Shown: positions 24,341-38,080 of the stretch, one piece after another
How the letters are laid out: each line of letters begins with the position of its first letter
Numbering within the stretch: the first letter of the stretch is position 1
From: Moniliella sp. 'wahieum'
Taxonomy: Eukaryota
Reading direction: 5' to 3'
DNA length: 64,000 nt
Assembly: GCA_003971905.1 (NCBI GenBank)
Contig: RSEE01000013.1
Location: 806,001-870,000 of the forward strand
Notes under the pieces: generated by a model
Seen by the model: the letters and a program-made list of their open reading frames with translations, nothing else
The model's database searches: none
What the model was told of the DNA's origin: nothing
Translations under genes and position numbers: made by a program

Positions 24341-26204
24341 CTAGGTAAACTCTTCGTTTGCCACCTCCTCGGCCTCGGCAAGTTGAAGACGGTATTGCTC
24401 CAACTCATTTTGAAGGAGATGGTACTTGTACTCCCTAGATTGCTGATACGCTCGCAGCGCCACGTTCTCCTCCTGCAACGCAGTCAAGAGCGCTGCATCG
24501 GTCGCCGCCTTGTCAAATAGGATTGCCGATCCATTCGCGATTGGATTGTCGGCCTCGACGGGATCTGCGGTAATCAAACCGGCATCTTGCATTGCCTTGA
24601 GCGACATGACTCTTCCTTCCAACTCCTCCCCATGGGGCGAGGGGGGGTCCAAGTGCGGCTCGAGCAGTGTGTCTCCCAGATCATCACTTGGCTCCGGCCC
24701 GAGGTCTACTTGCTCCAGAACATCCACTTCCACCCGTCCTGCTTTCAGAGCATGTAGGACAAGACGAAGCTGTGCCGACGCTGCCTTCTCCTGAGCCAGG
24801 AGTCGTTGCATCTGGGCTAGAGTAACGGCCTCTCGATCATTTTCTTCTTGCACCGACTCGGTCCAGGTTTGCTTGTCCTTCTGGTGAGCGGCCACAGTGG
24901 ACTGTTGTAACGTTTCCAACTGCTCTTCCCGATTCGTCACCCGCTCTACCAACAGCGCCAACTGTTCCCGGAGGTACTTGTTTTCCTCTTCCAACTCGCC
25001 CAGCACGTCCTGTGTCTCTTCCACTTGAGATCGCAACGTCTGGCTCTCGGACAACTTCACACGGGTCAGTTTTACGATTCATCCGCATCCCCATCATCGC
25101 GGCAGCTCCCAAGGCACAGTGTGTTCGGAGGGGAAAAACGTACTTTTTCTCGCCACGCTTCTTCCAACTGCACCGCCAGCGCGCGCAATGTCTCCCGCCT
25201 CGACTCTGACAGGAGCAGGTGCCGTGCCTCGGCAAACCGAAACACATCGGTTGCCACTTGCTCCTCATCCACGTCCCGCCGGGGAGACGGACCGGCTCCA
25301 CTTCTTCCTGTGCCGGACGGCGCACCGCTGCAATCCCCGCTGCCAGGCTACGTCCCAGCCCTGAAGTCAGCGTCGATGCGCTGGCAGAAACGTGGGCAAG
25401 GTTGACTCCTGGCCAGAGGGGTCGGCGTTGGCCCAGAGAGGATACAGCGGGAATCGGGGGGGAGCAGAAGCAGTGAAAGGGGGGTAGAAGCAAGAACAGG
25501 AGCGGGCGGGAAGTAGGGACGATCGGAGGCAGTGGGGACTTCCCGCCAGCTCACCGGCCGACCTGCGTCCAGATCCAGGATCCTGATCGGGGCGGGGACG
25601 AAGGCGAAGAGAGCGGAAGGGGGTCGGGATCCGTCTCGCGATCGGCAGGCTGTTCGTCCCCCGGTTCAACTGTAGCCGCGACTGTGGCTACATGGGACGG
25701 CGACGCAATGGCAGCTCCAGCCTGGGGCGAGACAGGCTCGTCACGCTCGGTGGATCCGGCTAGGTCGACGACAGACAACTTGCTCTCCTCCGGAAAGAGG
25801 CTCCTCCAGTTACCCACCGAGGTGCGGACCGTGTGTCTCGAGGCGCGCTTGTTGCTCACGGGCGGGGTGAGCGCGCTGGGGTAGGAGGCTGGTGAGTTCT
25901 GCACCGACAAGGACGTGGGAGCCGGCCATGGGTCACGGGATTGTGGGGCTGCACCGGCCGCGTCCTCAGTGGCTTGGTCTGTGGGGGGCAGGGCTCGTCG
26001 GAGGGCGGGGGCGAGTGCAGGGGGAGGGCGGGGCATCTTGGAAGGAGTCGAACTCAGCCGAGTGGGAGGAGGCGAAGGAAGGGGATGCAGGTCGCTCGGG
26101 GGATTTGCTGCGGTCGCGTCGGTGCTGGAGGGCCTCAGGCCCCTCAGGGGTTTGGGACATGTGGTGGATGTGGGGCAGAGGGACGAGGGTGACCCCATGA
26201 GCAT
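24341..26204 (-). CDS. hypothetical protein: disordered N-terminus, coiled-coil C-terminus (start uncertain, indels)
   Basis: Heptad E/Q/L-rich ORF 24341-25060 continuous with fragments 25072-25272 and 25551-26204. Confidence 0.65.
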
Positions 26205-27820
26205 GGCTGGACAGAATTGAAAGTGGTAGGGGAGATGGAAATGCCGTCTTGGTCGGTCTGATGCATCTGAGGTGTTTTCTGAAAACTCCGTATGCGGGGT
26301 GGACAATAGATCACCGATCACACACGACATGTTGCCAGCTTTTCTCCCAAGCAGACACTCCCTGATCGGCAAAGCCAACTCACAGGGAAGTGCCTCCCTC
26401 AGGCCCCTCCCCGCCCCCCAAGGCAGCACAGACAGTGGGCTCAAAAGCGCAAGTAACCAGGAGGACACTCAGCTGGACCAAAGACATATAGTAATGATGA
26501 CGAGAAAATGATGAGACCTCTGGAGTCATCGTGATGGTCGTCGAGGGTGATGCAATGGCACCCTTGTGGTGGCGGTGGTCTAAGCCAACCAGCAACGCCC
26601 ACAGGAACATCACGCAGCGAGTTGCCACCAGGGGCTAAGCTGCGGAACAGGAAAACAGTAGGGGAGATATAAAACAACGGAACTCCTAGGCCTGAGGAGG
26701 AACTGAAGGGACGTTGGCCAAAGCACGAGCCACCCGGTGGCTCAGCAGAGAATGAGATTCCACGCCAGAGGCGCGTACTCTGATAAAACTACTTTGATAG
26801 AAAGTCTCTTTATCCCCCCCTGTATGGAAGCGGCCTTAGCATGCAAACTCCTGTTGTGCTTTGCGTTATTCTTTTTAGCATCGTAGCGTCAATATCAGGG
26901 GCCTTAGGCCTTATGCATGCACTGCCAGCCACAGCGCAGGGTTTGGCGGGGATAGCGATCGCTTGCTAAGGGCTGCCGATGATCGAGATGAACTCCACGT
27001 GTGGGGGTTGCGAGGTAACCCTTGAGAGAGGTATGTATAACGAGCTATGGACAGATGTTGCTTGTCGCAGTTTGTCTCCCTTTCCTCTCCCGCCTTTTGC
27101 ATTCAATTGCCCCCGAGGCCGGACCGAGGGGCCTGAGAGAGGCTGGCATCTCCTTGACTTCGTGCTCTCTCGTCTGATCAGTCGCTCTGTCCAAGTCGCG
27201 GCCTTCCATTTGTTCCTACTGTTGTTGTGTGGGGAGATGTGCGATTGCATCATAGTATAGCAGTAGCCAAGCCACTCGCATACGCGCGCGCCCATTTGCA
27301 GCCCCTTTCTCGACTTTGGCATGTCCTGTCCAGGCCTCCTTCTCTTTCCCTCTCTTTCGCGGATATAATTGAATCAATACCAGCTGCTTGGGTGACTCGC
27401 CAAAGACGAGGCGTTTCTATACGGCTCTGTCCGTCGGCGTCGCGTCTTCCCCGTCGTCGCCTTGGTTCGCGGCGTCTCTCTCATGCATGATGCATGATGC
27501 AGATGCAGGGCATATGGCATCATGGATCCATCACCGGGTGACAGTGATGCTTGCCGTTCCGCTCAGAGGCGGAAGTTTGGTCCTACGTACCACTTTTTTT
27601 TTTTTGGCGTAGCCATGCTAAAGTGGGTGGTTCTGTACTTGGCCCCCCGAGCGCGGAGTCCATCCAAGTGGGGTTTGTTTTGCCTGGCTTGGCAGTTCGG
27701 CCGGCCGCTAAATCTGGAACGCCGATGGGCAGATCTGATTTTCTGCATCCATCAAACCGCTTGCCCCTTTCTTAATACCCCCTTCCCTCCTCCCCCTTTC
27801 TTTCGCAGACCAGCACCACC

Positions 27821-29058
27821 ATGTCTAGCGAATCGACATACACCGGCAGCGCTGCACACCTCGACAAGCTCTCGAGCGCTCTGCTTTCTTCGAGCGAGCC
27901 ACTCGATGCTCGCTTCCGTGCTCTCTTTACGCTCAAAGGCCTGGCAGCCAAGCGTGACGATTTGGTCAAGCCCGTAATTGACATTATCAGCAAAGGCTTT
28001 TCGGACGACAGTGCACTTCTCAAGCACGAACTCGCTTACGTCCTTGGCCAGCTAGCAGACGAGCGCGCTGTGCCCATCCTGGAGGACTTGGTGGAGCGGA
28101 TGGAAGCGCAGCCCCCCATTGTGCGTCACGAGGCCGCAGAGGGTCTGGGTGCCATTTCCTCCGCCAACGCCTTGCCTCTCCTCCGCCGCCACGCGGAAGA
28201 CCCCAAGGAGGACATTCACGTTCGCCAAACATGCGAGCTTGCGATCGCCAAGATTGAGTGGGACCATACCGAGGAGGGTGCGCGCCTGGTTAAGGAGAAG
28301 GCAGACAAGACCAAGCTGGCCGCTCGCGGACAAGGGAGGAACACGAGGCATTTGCGCCCATCGACCCAGCCCCTGCTTTTGTGAAGGAGGGCAGCTCGTC
28401 CATGCGGCCCCTCGCCCCGGAGGCATACGACGTACCGGCCCTCCGGGCGACGTTGATCGACGAGGAAGCAGACTTGTTCGCTCGGTACCGTGCCATGTTT
28501 TCGCTTCGCAACGCGGTACATTCGTGTCTGCGTGCGAGCGAAGCATTGGCAGGGCGAGACGCTGCGCAGGCGGAGGCGCTGGAGAAAAAGGCGGACGACG
28601 CCGTCTTGGCCCTTGCCGCCGGATTGGCTCGGCCAGCGCCAGGCAAGGAAAGGCCTGGTGGGGCACTGTTCCGCCACGAGATCTGCTTCGTCTTTGGCGA
28701 GCTGTGCCACAAAGCCTCGATCCCGGCCATGGTGGACGTGTTGAACGACGGGGAGGAGAACGAGATGGTACGGCATGAGGCGGCCGAAGCGCTCGGTGGG
28801 ATTGCCGAGGAAGCTGTGGACGAAAACCCGTCCGAGTTGGATGCCGAGAACAGCGAGAGGGAGTGGGACATGTGCTTGCCACCCTCCGGCGCTGGGCTCA
28901 GGACATGGGTGCCCCCCGTGTGGTGCGTGAAAGCTGTGGTGGCGCTGGACGAAATCAAGTGTGAGTGTGGTGGGGATGCGTGTGTGTGGGGCGGCGTGCT
29001 GACGTCCTTTTGTGTGGCAGACAACAACGACCCATCGCAGTTTCAGCCGATGGAGTAA
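27821..29058 (+). CDS. LIA1: deoxyhypusine hydroxylase
   Basis: RFRALFTLK, SALLKHELAYVLGQ, VRHEAAEGLGAI, RYRAMFSLRN, LFRHEICFVFGE, MVRHEAAEALGGI (four HE iron motifs in HEAT-like repeats); probable intron ~28960-29020. Confidence 0.96.
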
Positions 29059-29562
29059 CCTATCTGGGAAGCTGTATGAGGCTGGTTCTTTTCCAAAACG
29101 ATGCTATGCTCGATCCATCAAAGATAGGCTCTGTTTGCTCACGCTTGGGGCTGAGGGCGAGAACGAGGAGAAGCGAGTGGGGGTGTGGGGAGGGCGGTAT
29201 ATAGCACTCTGTTCACCGGAGCTTTCGCCAGGCCAACTGTGCAAAACGTTCGCGATGGAGTAAAGGTTGAGCAACTAGTGAACATTGAACGTTGAACATT
29301 GAATCGATTTGCTTTGAAAGTTGCAGGCTGCGACAGGATCTGGCCGATACACGCTAAGCGCTAAACCTTCATTTCATTTCATGCACTGATCGATGCATAT
29401 ATGCCTCCGCTCGCCTTTCACGTGGCGTGGGGTAGCAAAGCCACCAGAGCTGCCTCCTGCCCTCGTCGGATCATCCACCGTCGCCCTCAGCGCCCCCGCC
29501 ACCACCCCGGCCGCTCCCTTGCCTAGCACCCCCACCCCGCCCATGGCGTAGCATCCCTGGCC

Positions 29563-32500
29563 ATGGCGACCCCCTACTCGGCCGGACAGCTAGCCCGGCG
29601 TGACTCCCTTCGCCGCCCCCTTGCCCCTGCCCCCTCCGACCTCACCATCAGCACCAACACCAGCACTAGCACAGCACCAGCACCAGTCTCAACACCAGCA
29701 CCAGCCCCAGTCCCAGCGCCGCCCCCGGCCCCACCCGTCGCGTCGCCGCCGCCTCTCCCCGCGTGCCGCCACCCCTCCTCCTATTGCTGGCGGAGTGGCA
29801 GTGACCGACATTTTCATCCTTGCTCTCTCGGGCATCCTTGCCCTCCTTCGCAGCCTTCCTCTTGCCGAGCTCTTCGACTTTGTCATGGCGCGGCCTGCAA
29901 GCATGTACGTGATGATTTCTGCCCGGCTTGTTTCACTGGACGCGTCTAGTTTCTCGGACCTAACCTAGCCTCCCCTTCTCTCTCCCGTTTCAGCTACCGC
30001 GGTCCTACCACCGTATGTCCCATGTTCCATCTCAGCCGTTTGGGCGGGACCGATCAGCTCTGGGCCCACCAGGTCTCAGTCTGCGTCCGCCAAAGGGGAT
30101 GCTCCCCGCCGTCGAATCTCCTCCCGTCGTATGACGCCGCACCAGTCCCTACCAGCACTCCCAAATCTGGAATCCGCCGCTCCCACTCTTCCGTCTGCAT
30201 CGGACCCCCCCAGCCTTACTCGCACCCCTTCCCCATGTCAAGCAGCAGTACTCCGCCCATTTGGCTCGGCGGAAGCAGTCCACCCACTGCCCTTGGCCCT
30301 CTTCCGGGCCCACTTGACCGCACCAATCCCCATGCGCTCCCCTTGGATTTATGGAGTCCGTCGGACGACGCTGGATCCGAGTCGGAGCCTGAATCGGAGG
30401 CGAGCATTCTGACTACTGCGGGCGAGGCACGCATGACCCTCTTCCATCATGTTGTCCTTGTCTTGGCTCGGTTTGCCTGTGAGAATTTCCCGTTTCTTGT
30501 TCCTCGCGTCCTGCTGTCGGAGGAACAATGACGCCCTTTGTGCGCTGGCGCACCGGCGGGGGGGCTGGAGCATTGATCCGTGAGTATGGCCCAGATGGGT
30601 CCACGGACGGATGTTCGTCGGGGTCAGCCCCGAACAAATCGTTCCGCGCCTATTGGATCGGAGGGGATAGCCACCTGTCTTCGGAAGTGCGAAGGAGCGA
30701 CCCGGCAGGGCGCCAAGCCACGACCATCGTTTGGATCCACGGCGGGGGCTTCGTGCTAGGCAGTGTCGCCTTTTATGCTGAATCGCTCTTACGCATCTTG
30801 GCCAAAGTCTGTGCGATAGAGCACGATGCGGCAGTGAACGAGGGTGCCCCGCCCCCCTGGCCTGAAGCACGGTGCATCGCCATCGAGTATAGCCTCGGTC
30901 CCAACGCCCGCTTCCCTGACGCTTTGCTTGAGTGTCTGCGGGCCTACGCCCATTTGATTGAGGTAGAGCGGATCGACCCTGAATCCATTGTCTTCGCGGG
31001 CGACAGCGCAGGAGGCAACTTGGCCCTTGCCATGATCCTCGCCCTGAGTGGACAAGGTCAAGACCCGTCTGTATGGGACGAACGGGATTGGTCCGCCCTC
31101 CCGCTGCCGGGCAAAGCCGTGCTTCTGTCTCCCTGGGTGGACCTTCGACCCAACGAAGCTATGGCCTTTCAATCCCTCCGCCCAGAATCTGCCCCCGGTC
31201 CTTCTGCTGGTGAAGCGGAGCCCACCGAGTCAGAATCTTCCTCCGACGAGACCGAAACGGGTCGGTCGGAAGAGCGTGGGTTCGACAGTGACAAGCAAAA
31301 GTGAGAACCCAGGGACCGACTATTTGGCGCCTGAGGGGCTGCTGCACTTTTCCCAAGTCTATTCAGGTGTTCTGGACACTCCTCGGCGGGTCAGCGGTCC
31401 AGCCGGATGGATTGCAGGGCTATTGCGGAAACTCGACACGGCACCGGCGGTCGAAGCGTTGGATGCATTTCTTCCTGAGGCCAGCCGGGGAATGGCTTCC
31501 TTCGGGCGATCAGTGAGTAGTGCGGTGTTGAGCGTGCTTGATGCGCCTCTGTTTGAGCGCTCTCTTCCACAAGAGGGCAAGAACAGCTCAGCAGTGATCA
31601 TCCCATCCAAGGCTTACTTTGGCATGACCCCTCTCTTGGGTCCATCAGAGCGGGCTTCAAAGCCAGTACCCAGTTCAGGCGAGCTGTACGAGGCAAGCCT
31701 GGCGTTCGGGTCAGGACGCGGCCAAGAAGCCGATCGAGAAGCCGATCGAGAGCTGGATGCACATGAGCTAGCAGCAGAAGTCCAAGCGGATGAGCCATTA
31801 ATGTCTCCCGTAGCTGGGGATTGGTCTCAGATTCAACTGGCCCGCGGGATGGTGGCTGTGTACGGCTCGAACGAATTGCTCGCCCCTGACATTCAACGGT
31901 GGTGTGAGGCTTCAGGTGCGCGGTCAATTGTCCAGCATGGGCCAACGGGCGTACATGCCTGGCCGCTGGTCAACATGTACATTGCTGGTACCCCCTATGA
32001 ACGCGAACGAGGATTGGACTTGGTGGCTCGTGCCATGGCTCGGGTCCGACGAAGCTACCGTCGTCTACCGGAGCAGGACTTTTATTCCCATCCTGGCTCG
32101 TCCCCCAGCGTCGAGTTGTCGCCGGGATCCATGCCTTTGGACGCGTGGACCATCGACAGTCCCAACCTTCCCCAGGAGGCGCCGCACATTGCGTATCCGC
32201 CCGACTATCCTTTCCCCCTCTTTGGCGACACGCCCAGCGAGCCCACCCCCTCCGATAGCCCTGCAGGGTCTAACTCGGACGGGGAAGAGGATGGCAACAA
32301 GCTGAGCGGTACGCCGCTGGACACGTACCCCCTTCGCGTCCCCTTGCTTCCTCAAGCGGCACCAGCGCATGGTGGACCAGCGTGGCGCTTACTCCTCCTC
32401 CCAGTCACAACCCGTCGCACCCCCTTGAACCCATATCGGAACATGCCTTCACACCCCCCTCCAGTTGTACGAGACCCGCTCCTACGAGACGTACGTCTCG

Positions 32501-32906
32501 ATGGGTTGTCAGACATCACGGAAAGACGGAAATTGGGAGTGTCAGTTCTCCCCCCGAACTGCTCGCCCGCGCAAGCGGGAGTGCATTCGGCCTCCCTAGT
32601 TTGGCCGCAGCGGCTACCGCCACCACCTCGACTGCGGGCACGCCGGACATGGGACCGGCTTTGCATGTCCAAGGCTTGGGCAGAGCTGGGGACAAGCTTC
32701 GTAGTTACCTCGAGAAGGGACCGACCCCAACGCTGACGCGCCGTCTGTCGGAACCTCGCGCCGCGCTGGCTCAAGTTCCGGAGACGTATGGTGGTAGTGG
32801 TGAGTACGGGGTTGCCACCATGTTGCAAGCACGCATGCAAGCACGCATGCACTTGTACAAATGGACTTTGGATGTGGCGCACGTATCTAGTGCGTTGCGA
32901 TTATGA
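29563..32906 (+). CDS. alpha/beta hydrolase, HSL-like esterase/lipase with long low-complexity extensions
   Basis: IHGGGF, ARFPDAL, AGDSAGGNL, LSPWVDL, GSNELL, GVHAWP; ends approximate. Confidence 0.85.
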
Positions 32907-34055
32907 CTACGATCATCGGCTCTTTTTCTTTGGTTTGGGTGTTGGCCCTGGGCCCTTTGATGATGTTCGGCTTACCTGTGTCGCATTCGTCTGGCTTCTT
33001 CATGAATCTGGGGAGTATTCCGATGTCAATAGTTTATCCCTACGACAGCGAAATCACTTGCAGGGCGCCTGCTAGCCTGGGAGTTCACTGTTCAGTGTGT
33101 AGTTTGCTTTATAAACGTGGATATCCGCGCAGTGCGTAACACGAATGTCCTGTTCTCATGCTCGCTCCCCCGACGTGGCCGGCGGGCCTCGCCCCAGCCG
33201 CCAGCAGAGATGTGCGGCAGCTTGCGACACCCGCCATGGCGCCTGAGCGATTCGTGAGAGTATCGTCGAAACCTGTTGATGAGTGTCATGTGCTGTGGCA
33301 CATCAATCTGGCGGTAGCCAACTGGCAGTCGTATAGCGGCGGACTTTTAAGGGGCACAGCATTCTCCAGCGCTAATGGTGGAAAACTCATTGACGTAGAG
33401 CTACGATAGGCCCGAAGAAGGACTTTGACTCTTTACCTCTTCGTTCATCAGCAATCCTCGAATCTAGTACATCTTCCGGTATTTGCGTGGTGGGGCGCGG
33501 GTTTACCGTCATCAGGTTGTGAGAGCACATATAACAAGCGTGAATTGCATGCATATACTGTTGCCTCCGTCCTACACCCCGCCTTGATTTACGTCCATCC
33601 TCACCGCAGCCGTCAACTAAATCAAGGCCCCTGTGGTCCGGCCATCAACAGAGTCCGTCGGTTCGCTATAAGGGGGTGTGCATCAGGGGAAAATAACCAA
33701 ACACTTGCACTGTTTGCGACGGTGGATCATCCCCTAGGTGCTACTGGCCATTCTGGGGAAGAGGGATAGGTCGATCACGTGCCAGAACCCTAACGTGTCA
33801 CCATCCCCAGCGGGTGTGTTGCTGCGGCGCAATCTCCAAATCCCTACTGCAGTAGTGCTGCCACTCGATTATTTTACAGCCGAACCCTATTTCTGTCTCC
33901 GCCACCGAGGCCATCTCCGCTGTTGGCGCTGTGCCCCCCACCCACTCAACCACAAGACCATCAAGGCTCGACTGGTGAGTAAGAGCTCCGCCAAGCACGC
34001 CCTGCCACCGCTCCGGACGCTAACGTTGCCCGTTATTCCCCTGACACAGATCAAA

Positions 34056-34652
34056 ATGGCTGCCGTCAACGCTGCTGCTCCCAAGACCAAGCCTTTCGGC
34101 AAGGGCACCCGCACGCTGCCAGCCCAGCGGGCACACAAGTACTACCCTGCCGTTGACGCTCCCCAGCCCAAGGTGTCGCGCAAGGTCAACAAGCCTTCCA
34201 AGCTGCGCGCTAGCATCACGCCCGGTACCGTGCTCATTCTCCTTGCCGGTCGCTTTGCCGGCAAGCGCGTCGTCTTCCTGAAGCAGCTCGCTTCGGGCCT
34301 GCTCCTCGTTACGGGCCCTTTCAAGGTGAACGGTGTTCCCCTTCGTCGCGTCAACCAGGCCTACGTGATTGCCACCTCGACTAAGATCGATGTGAGCAGC
34401 GTTTCGGTGCCTGAGAATGTGACGGATGCCTACTTTGCTCAGGAGAAGACCCGTGGCCCCAAGCCCGAGCAGGCCTTCTTCCTCGACCCGGCCAACAAGG
34501 CAGCCCACCCGGCTGCCAAGGTCGCCGACCAGAAGGCGATTGACCAGGCTGTGATTGCGGCCGTCAAGAAGGCTGGCCCCACCCACCTCAAGTACCTGGC
34601 CACCACCTTCTCGCTGAGCAACTCGGACAAGCCCCACGCGATGAAGTTTTAA
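34056..34652 (+). CDS. RPL6: 60S ribosomal protein eL6; 5'-UTR intron 33975-34049
   Basis: LRASITPGTVLILLAGRFAGKRVVFLKQL..GPFKVNGVPLRRVNQAYVIATSTK..PHAMKF; start context ATCAAAATGG. Confidence 0.98.
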   Translation: MAAVNAAAPKTKPFGKGTRTLPAQRAHKYYPAVDAPQPKVSRKVNKPSKLRASITPGTVLILLAGRFAGKRVVFLKQLASGLLLVTGPFKVNGVPLRRVNQAYVIATSTKIDVSSVSVPENVTDAYFAQEKTRGPKPEQAFFLDPANKAAHPAAKVADQKAIDQAVIAAVKKAGPTHLKYLATTFSLSNSDKPHAMKF

Positions 34653-35536
34653 GTGGGGATTCCCCTCACCACGGTCTTACAAGTGTCTTTTCCCCTTCCA
34701 TGTCCCTAGCGCGCATGGCAGGGGAAGAGAACTTCGGTCTGTCTGCCGATGGGCTTGTCACTCCGCTGGTTTCCACAGCGACCAGGGGGGATAGCTTATG
34801 GGACATGGTGTTCCCCCCGTTCGCACCTCATACTTAGCCGCTCTCTCCTATGCCTTGCCATGTACCCCTCCCCCGGCGCTACGCGCCCAAATGCTCATAC
34901 GCCAGTATGATCGGAACAAGTGTTGATTGTTGGCTCGACTCGATAGATACGTACCCGCATCAGCAGTGTGGCCTGGTGAAGATAGATACCTGAGCGTTGG
35001 ATGGCACCCAACTTGACGGTACGGATCACAACGCTCTTCATATTGGGGGCCCTGGGCTCCTCGACAGCCGATACGCTTGCACTGTGGTTCCTTCGGCCGG
35101 CATTTCTTTCACCTGCGTAGATGTATATTTGTAGACGATGCCTCACTTTCAAAGGGGACCAGTGTCCTGCTTACTTAGCGTAGAACGGCTGATTGGTGCG
35201 GGTGGCGGGAGCTTCCTTTGTGACATGGCGACGACCCCTCGCAAATCAGGTACTACGGCAGAACAACCCCTCCCCATGGCCAGCATCACGGGCTCGGGGT
35301 TGCTTCCTTCCTCCCGTCCGGACCTATCAACGAAACCCTTCCCATCCACACAGTCGATCGCATGCGGGATCGGCTAGGCGCCAAATCCAGGAGGGGATGC
35401 ATATAAGCATGGGTAGCGCCAATTACCGCCAGGGAATAACAGCATGCTACAAAGTAGCAGGGCCCAGGGGCAATTGGCAGTTTTGTGGGTGCGTGCCGAG
35501 CCAGTGGTGTAAGCGAACAAGTTGTACAATCCATGT

Positions 35537-35908
35537 TTAGACTGCCAAGCAAAATAGGTTAGCAAGGTTCGGGTAGGGGTGGGGCGAGGTAAACGAACTG
35601 TTCGAGGGGTAGAGCATGATGCGCACGCTCTTGCCAAAGGCAGCAGGGGGAATGTTGGTGGCAAACTTGGCGCGGACCACACCAGAGTTACCGTGGGAAC
35701 GAGTGACGCGGCCCCAGATGACGCGGACCTTGGTGCCACGGATCTCCTTGGTGCCCTTGTACACGTAGGCCACGCGCTTGCCAAGGTAGAACTTGGACTC
35801 GGCCTGGCTGCTCACACCATCGATCTGGATGAGCGAGGTGTGGGGATGGCTGACGTGCTTCGAGCGCTGGTGGCCCTGGATGCGACCCTTGGCGTAAAGG
35901 CGCGACAT
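35537..35908 (-). CDS. RPL33: 60S ribosomal protein eL33 (L35a); intron 35542-35598
   Basis: [46 protein letters not shown]. Confidence 0.98.
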   Translation of the reverse strand: MSRLYAKGRIQGHQRSKHVSHPHTSLIQIDGVSSQAESKFYLGKRVAYVYKGTKEIRGTKVRVIWGRVTRSHGNSGVVRAKFATNIPPAAFGKSVRIMLYPSNSSFTSPHPYPNLANLFCLAV

Positions 35909-36320
35909 TGTTCTTGCTGGTAACGTCGGTGCGGTGGGAGTAACGTCCTGCTGCGTAGGCCACCGCGGTGTTGCTGGGGGCGAAGCGAGGCGGCAGGAGG
36001 TATAATAGGGTTGCATGCGGCACAGGCCGACTGTTAAAGTCATTTATTGCGCCTGCCGCAGGGTGCTGACCCCAGCCGTCCTGGTCATACTGCTGGTGGC
36101 GGAGTGGATCGAGGTCACGTGCATCCAGATCGTCTGATCTCCTTGCCATTTTGAAACCGAGAGGGGCGGAGGCATCACCCATCACACATCAAGCCCGTGC
36201 ACCACGGATTGTGAGTCGGGATCGCACTGCTACCACTACCAGCAACTACAACAGCGAAACGACGACGGCTGCCACCCCTAACATCACCGCCACCATCGCC
36301 ATCACCACCTGCCGCCCTAC

Positions 36321-38080
36321 ATGGTAAAACCGGTGAAGTATCAGATGCTGGCGGTCATGTGGGTGGCTGCCCTGGCCGTGCGTCTGCTCAATGCCGCAAC
36401 CGTCACCACCTACTTCGTCCCGGACGAACACTGGCAGGCCCAGGAGGTCGCCTACTCGCTCGTCTTTGGTGTAGGGTACCGCACATGGGAATGGATTCCA
36501 GCCTCCCACTGCCACCCCCTTCCTTGCCATTTGTCTTGGGCCGAGGCGGTACGCACTGGGCCTCTACGCAGCCTGCTCCCAGCCCTGCTCTATGTGCCTG
36601 CCTACTGGTTCATCCGTCTCGGCATCACTTCCCCTTGGCTCGTAGGCGTCGCGCCTAGAGCCACGCAAGCTCTGATTGCTCTGTAGGAGACGTGTTTTCA
36701 GCGGCTATTGCAGCGGCTGCCGTTCCAGGATCTGGAATGGCGGCTTTCGTTCTGTGCCTTTTGTCTCCCTGGCTTGGTTCACCTCGACGCGCACGCTGGC
36801 AAACTCGACCGAGGCAGTGCTCCTATTGGTATCCCTTTATTTTTGGCCCCTGGACCTATCCAGACGTAGGAAGAGGGAGAAGGCAATGGTTGCCCTGCTG
36901 ATCGCAAGTTTTGCCCTCCTCGTTCGACCTTCCACCGGGGTGATCTTTGCTTATTTGGGTGTGCGTACTCTCTTCTCTCTGCTGGCGGGATCCACAGCAC
37001 GTTGAGGTTCCTCCTGATTAGTGCTACTATGGTTAGCACAGTGGTTGGTTTCAGTGTGCTAGTGGATTCCTATTTCCACTCGGAACCAGCCGTGCCCATG
37101 TTGGCCTTTGGGCACGCAATTTGCTCCAAGGGCTGGCGACCTTCTACGGCACCGCTCCGTGGCACTTTTACCTAACTCAGGCTCTTCCACTTTTAGGTGG
37201 AGCCAGCTTGTTGCCTGCCTTACAAGGAGGAGTCAAGGCGCTGCGGGCGAAAATGTACGCACCCCCCCACGCCGGAGGTCAGGATCCTCTTCTCCTCCGG
37301 GTGGTGCAGAGGTGGGGTTACTCTATCTTCTGCTCCACTCCATTTTGGGACATAAGGAGCACCGCTTTGTGCAACCAATTGCCTACTTCTCTCCCATCCT
37401 GGCCTCCTACCACATCGCCTTTAGTGGAAGGTGGCCAGCGCGTACAACACTTAGCATGACCTGGCGTCGCTTCTCCCCCATTCTGCGAGCAGCGCTCCCA
37501 CTTGCTTTTGTGGCCGGTATTTACCTGACCTCGGTTCACCAGCGCGGGCAAGCCCTGGTGGTACACGATATTGCTTATCTAGCGCGGCAGGGAGGTGTGC
37601 ATTCGGTTGGCTGGCTGATGCCCTGCCATAGCACACCCTGGCATGCTTCACTTCATACCCCCTCTGTACGATACGCATGTTGACGGGGAGCAAATGCGCA
37701 AAACCTGGTTCCTCACATGCTCCCCGCCCTCCTGCACATCCGAAGGTACCAACCTGGCCTCTTCCTCTGAGGAGTACTTGGACCAAGCCGACCAGTTTTA
37801 CCTCGACCCTGCCGCGTGGTTACACAGCGCCATGGCTGACCACGTCGACCCCACCTTCCCTCCTGCCCCAGCTCATCTCTTCCGCTCTCAGCGGCAAAAG
37901 CAAGAACGCATTCCTTGGCCCAGTCACATTGTCTTATTCAACGGCTTGCTTGCCTCGCCCCATGTCGAGCAAATTCTGCAGCAACAGGGGTACCACCCCA
38001 TCTTATCCCGCTGGAACGCCCCCGTGACGGATGATTGGCGACGCTCTGGACGCCTCGAGATCTGGGCTTGGCGACCATGA
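36321..38080 (+). CDS. GPI10: GPI mannosyltransferase 3 (PIG-B)
   Basis: TYFVPDEHWQAQEVA..GYRTWEW, RTLANS.E, HKEHRF..P, HQRG, LMPCHSTPW, LTCSPP..YLDQADQFY. Confidence 0.93.

Noticed and set aside
33738..34055. Long N-terminal extension of RPL6
   Set aside because: Non-ATG start reading through promoter and 5'-UTR intron.
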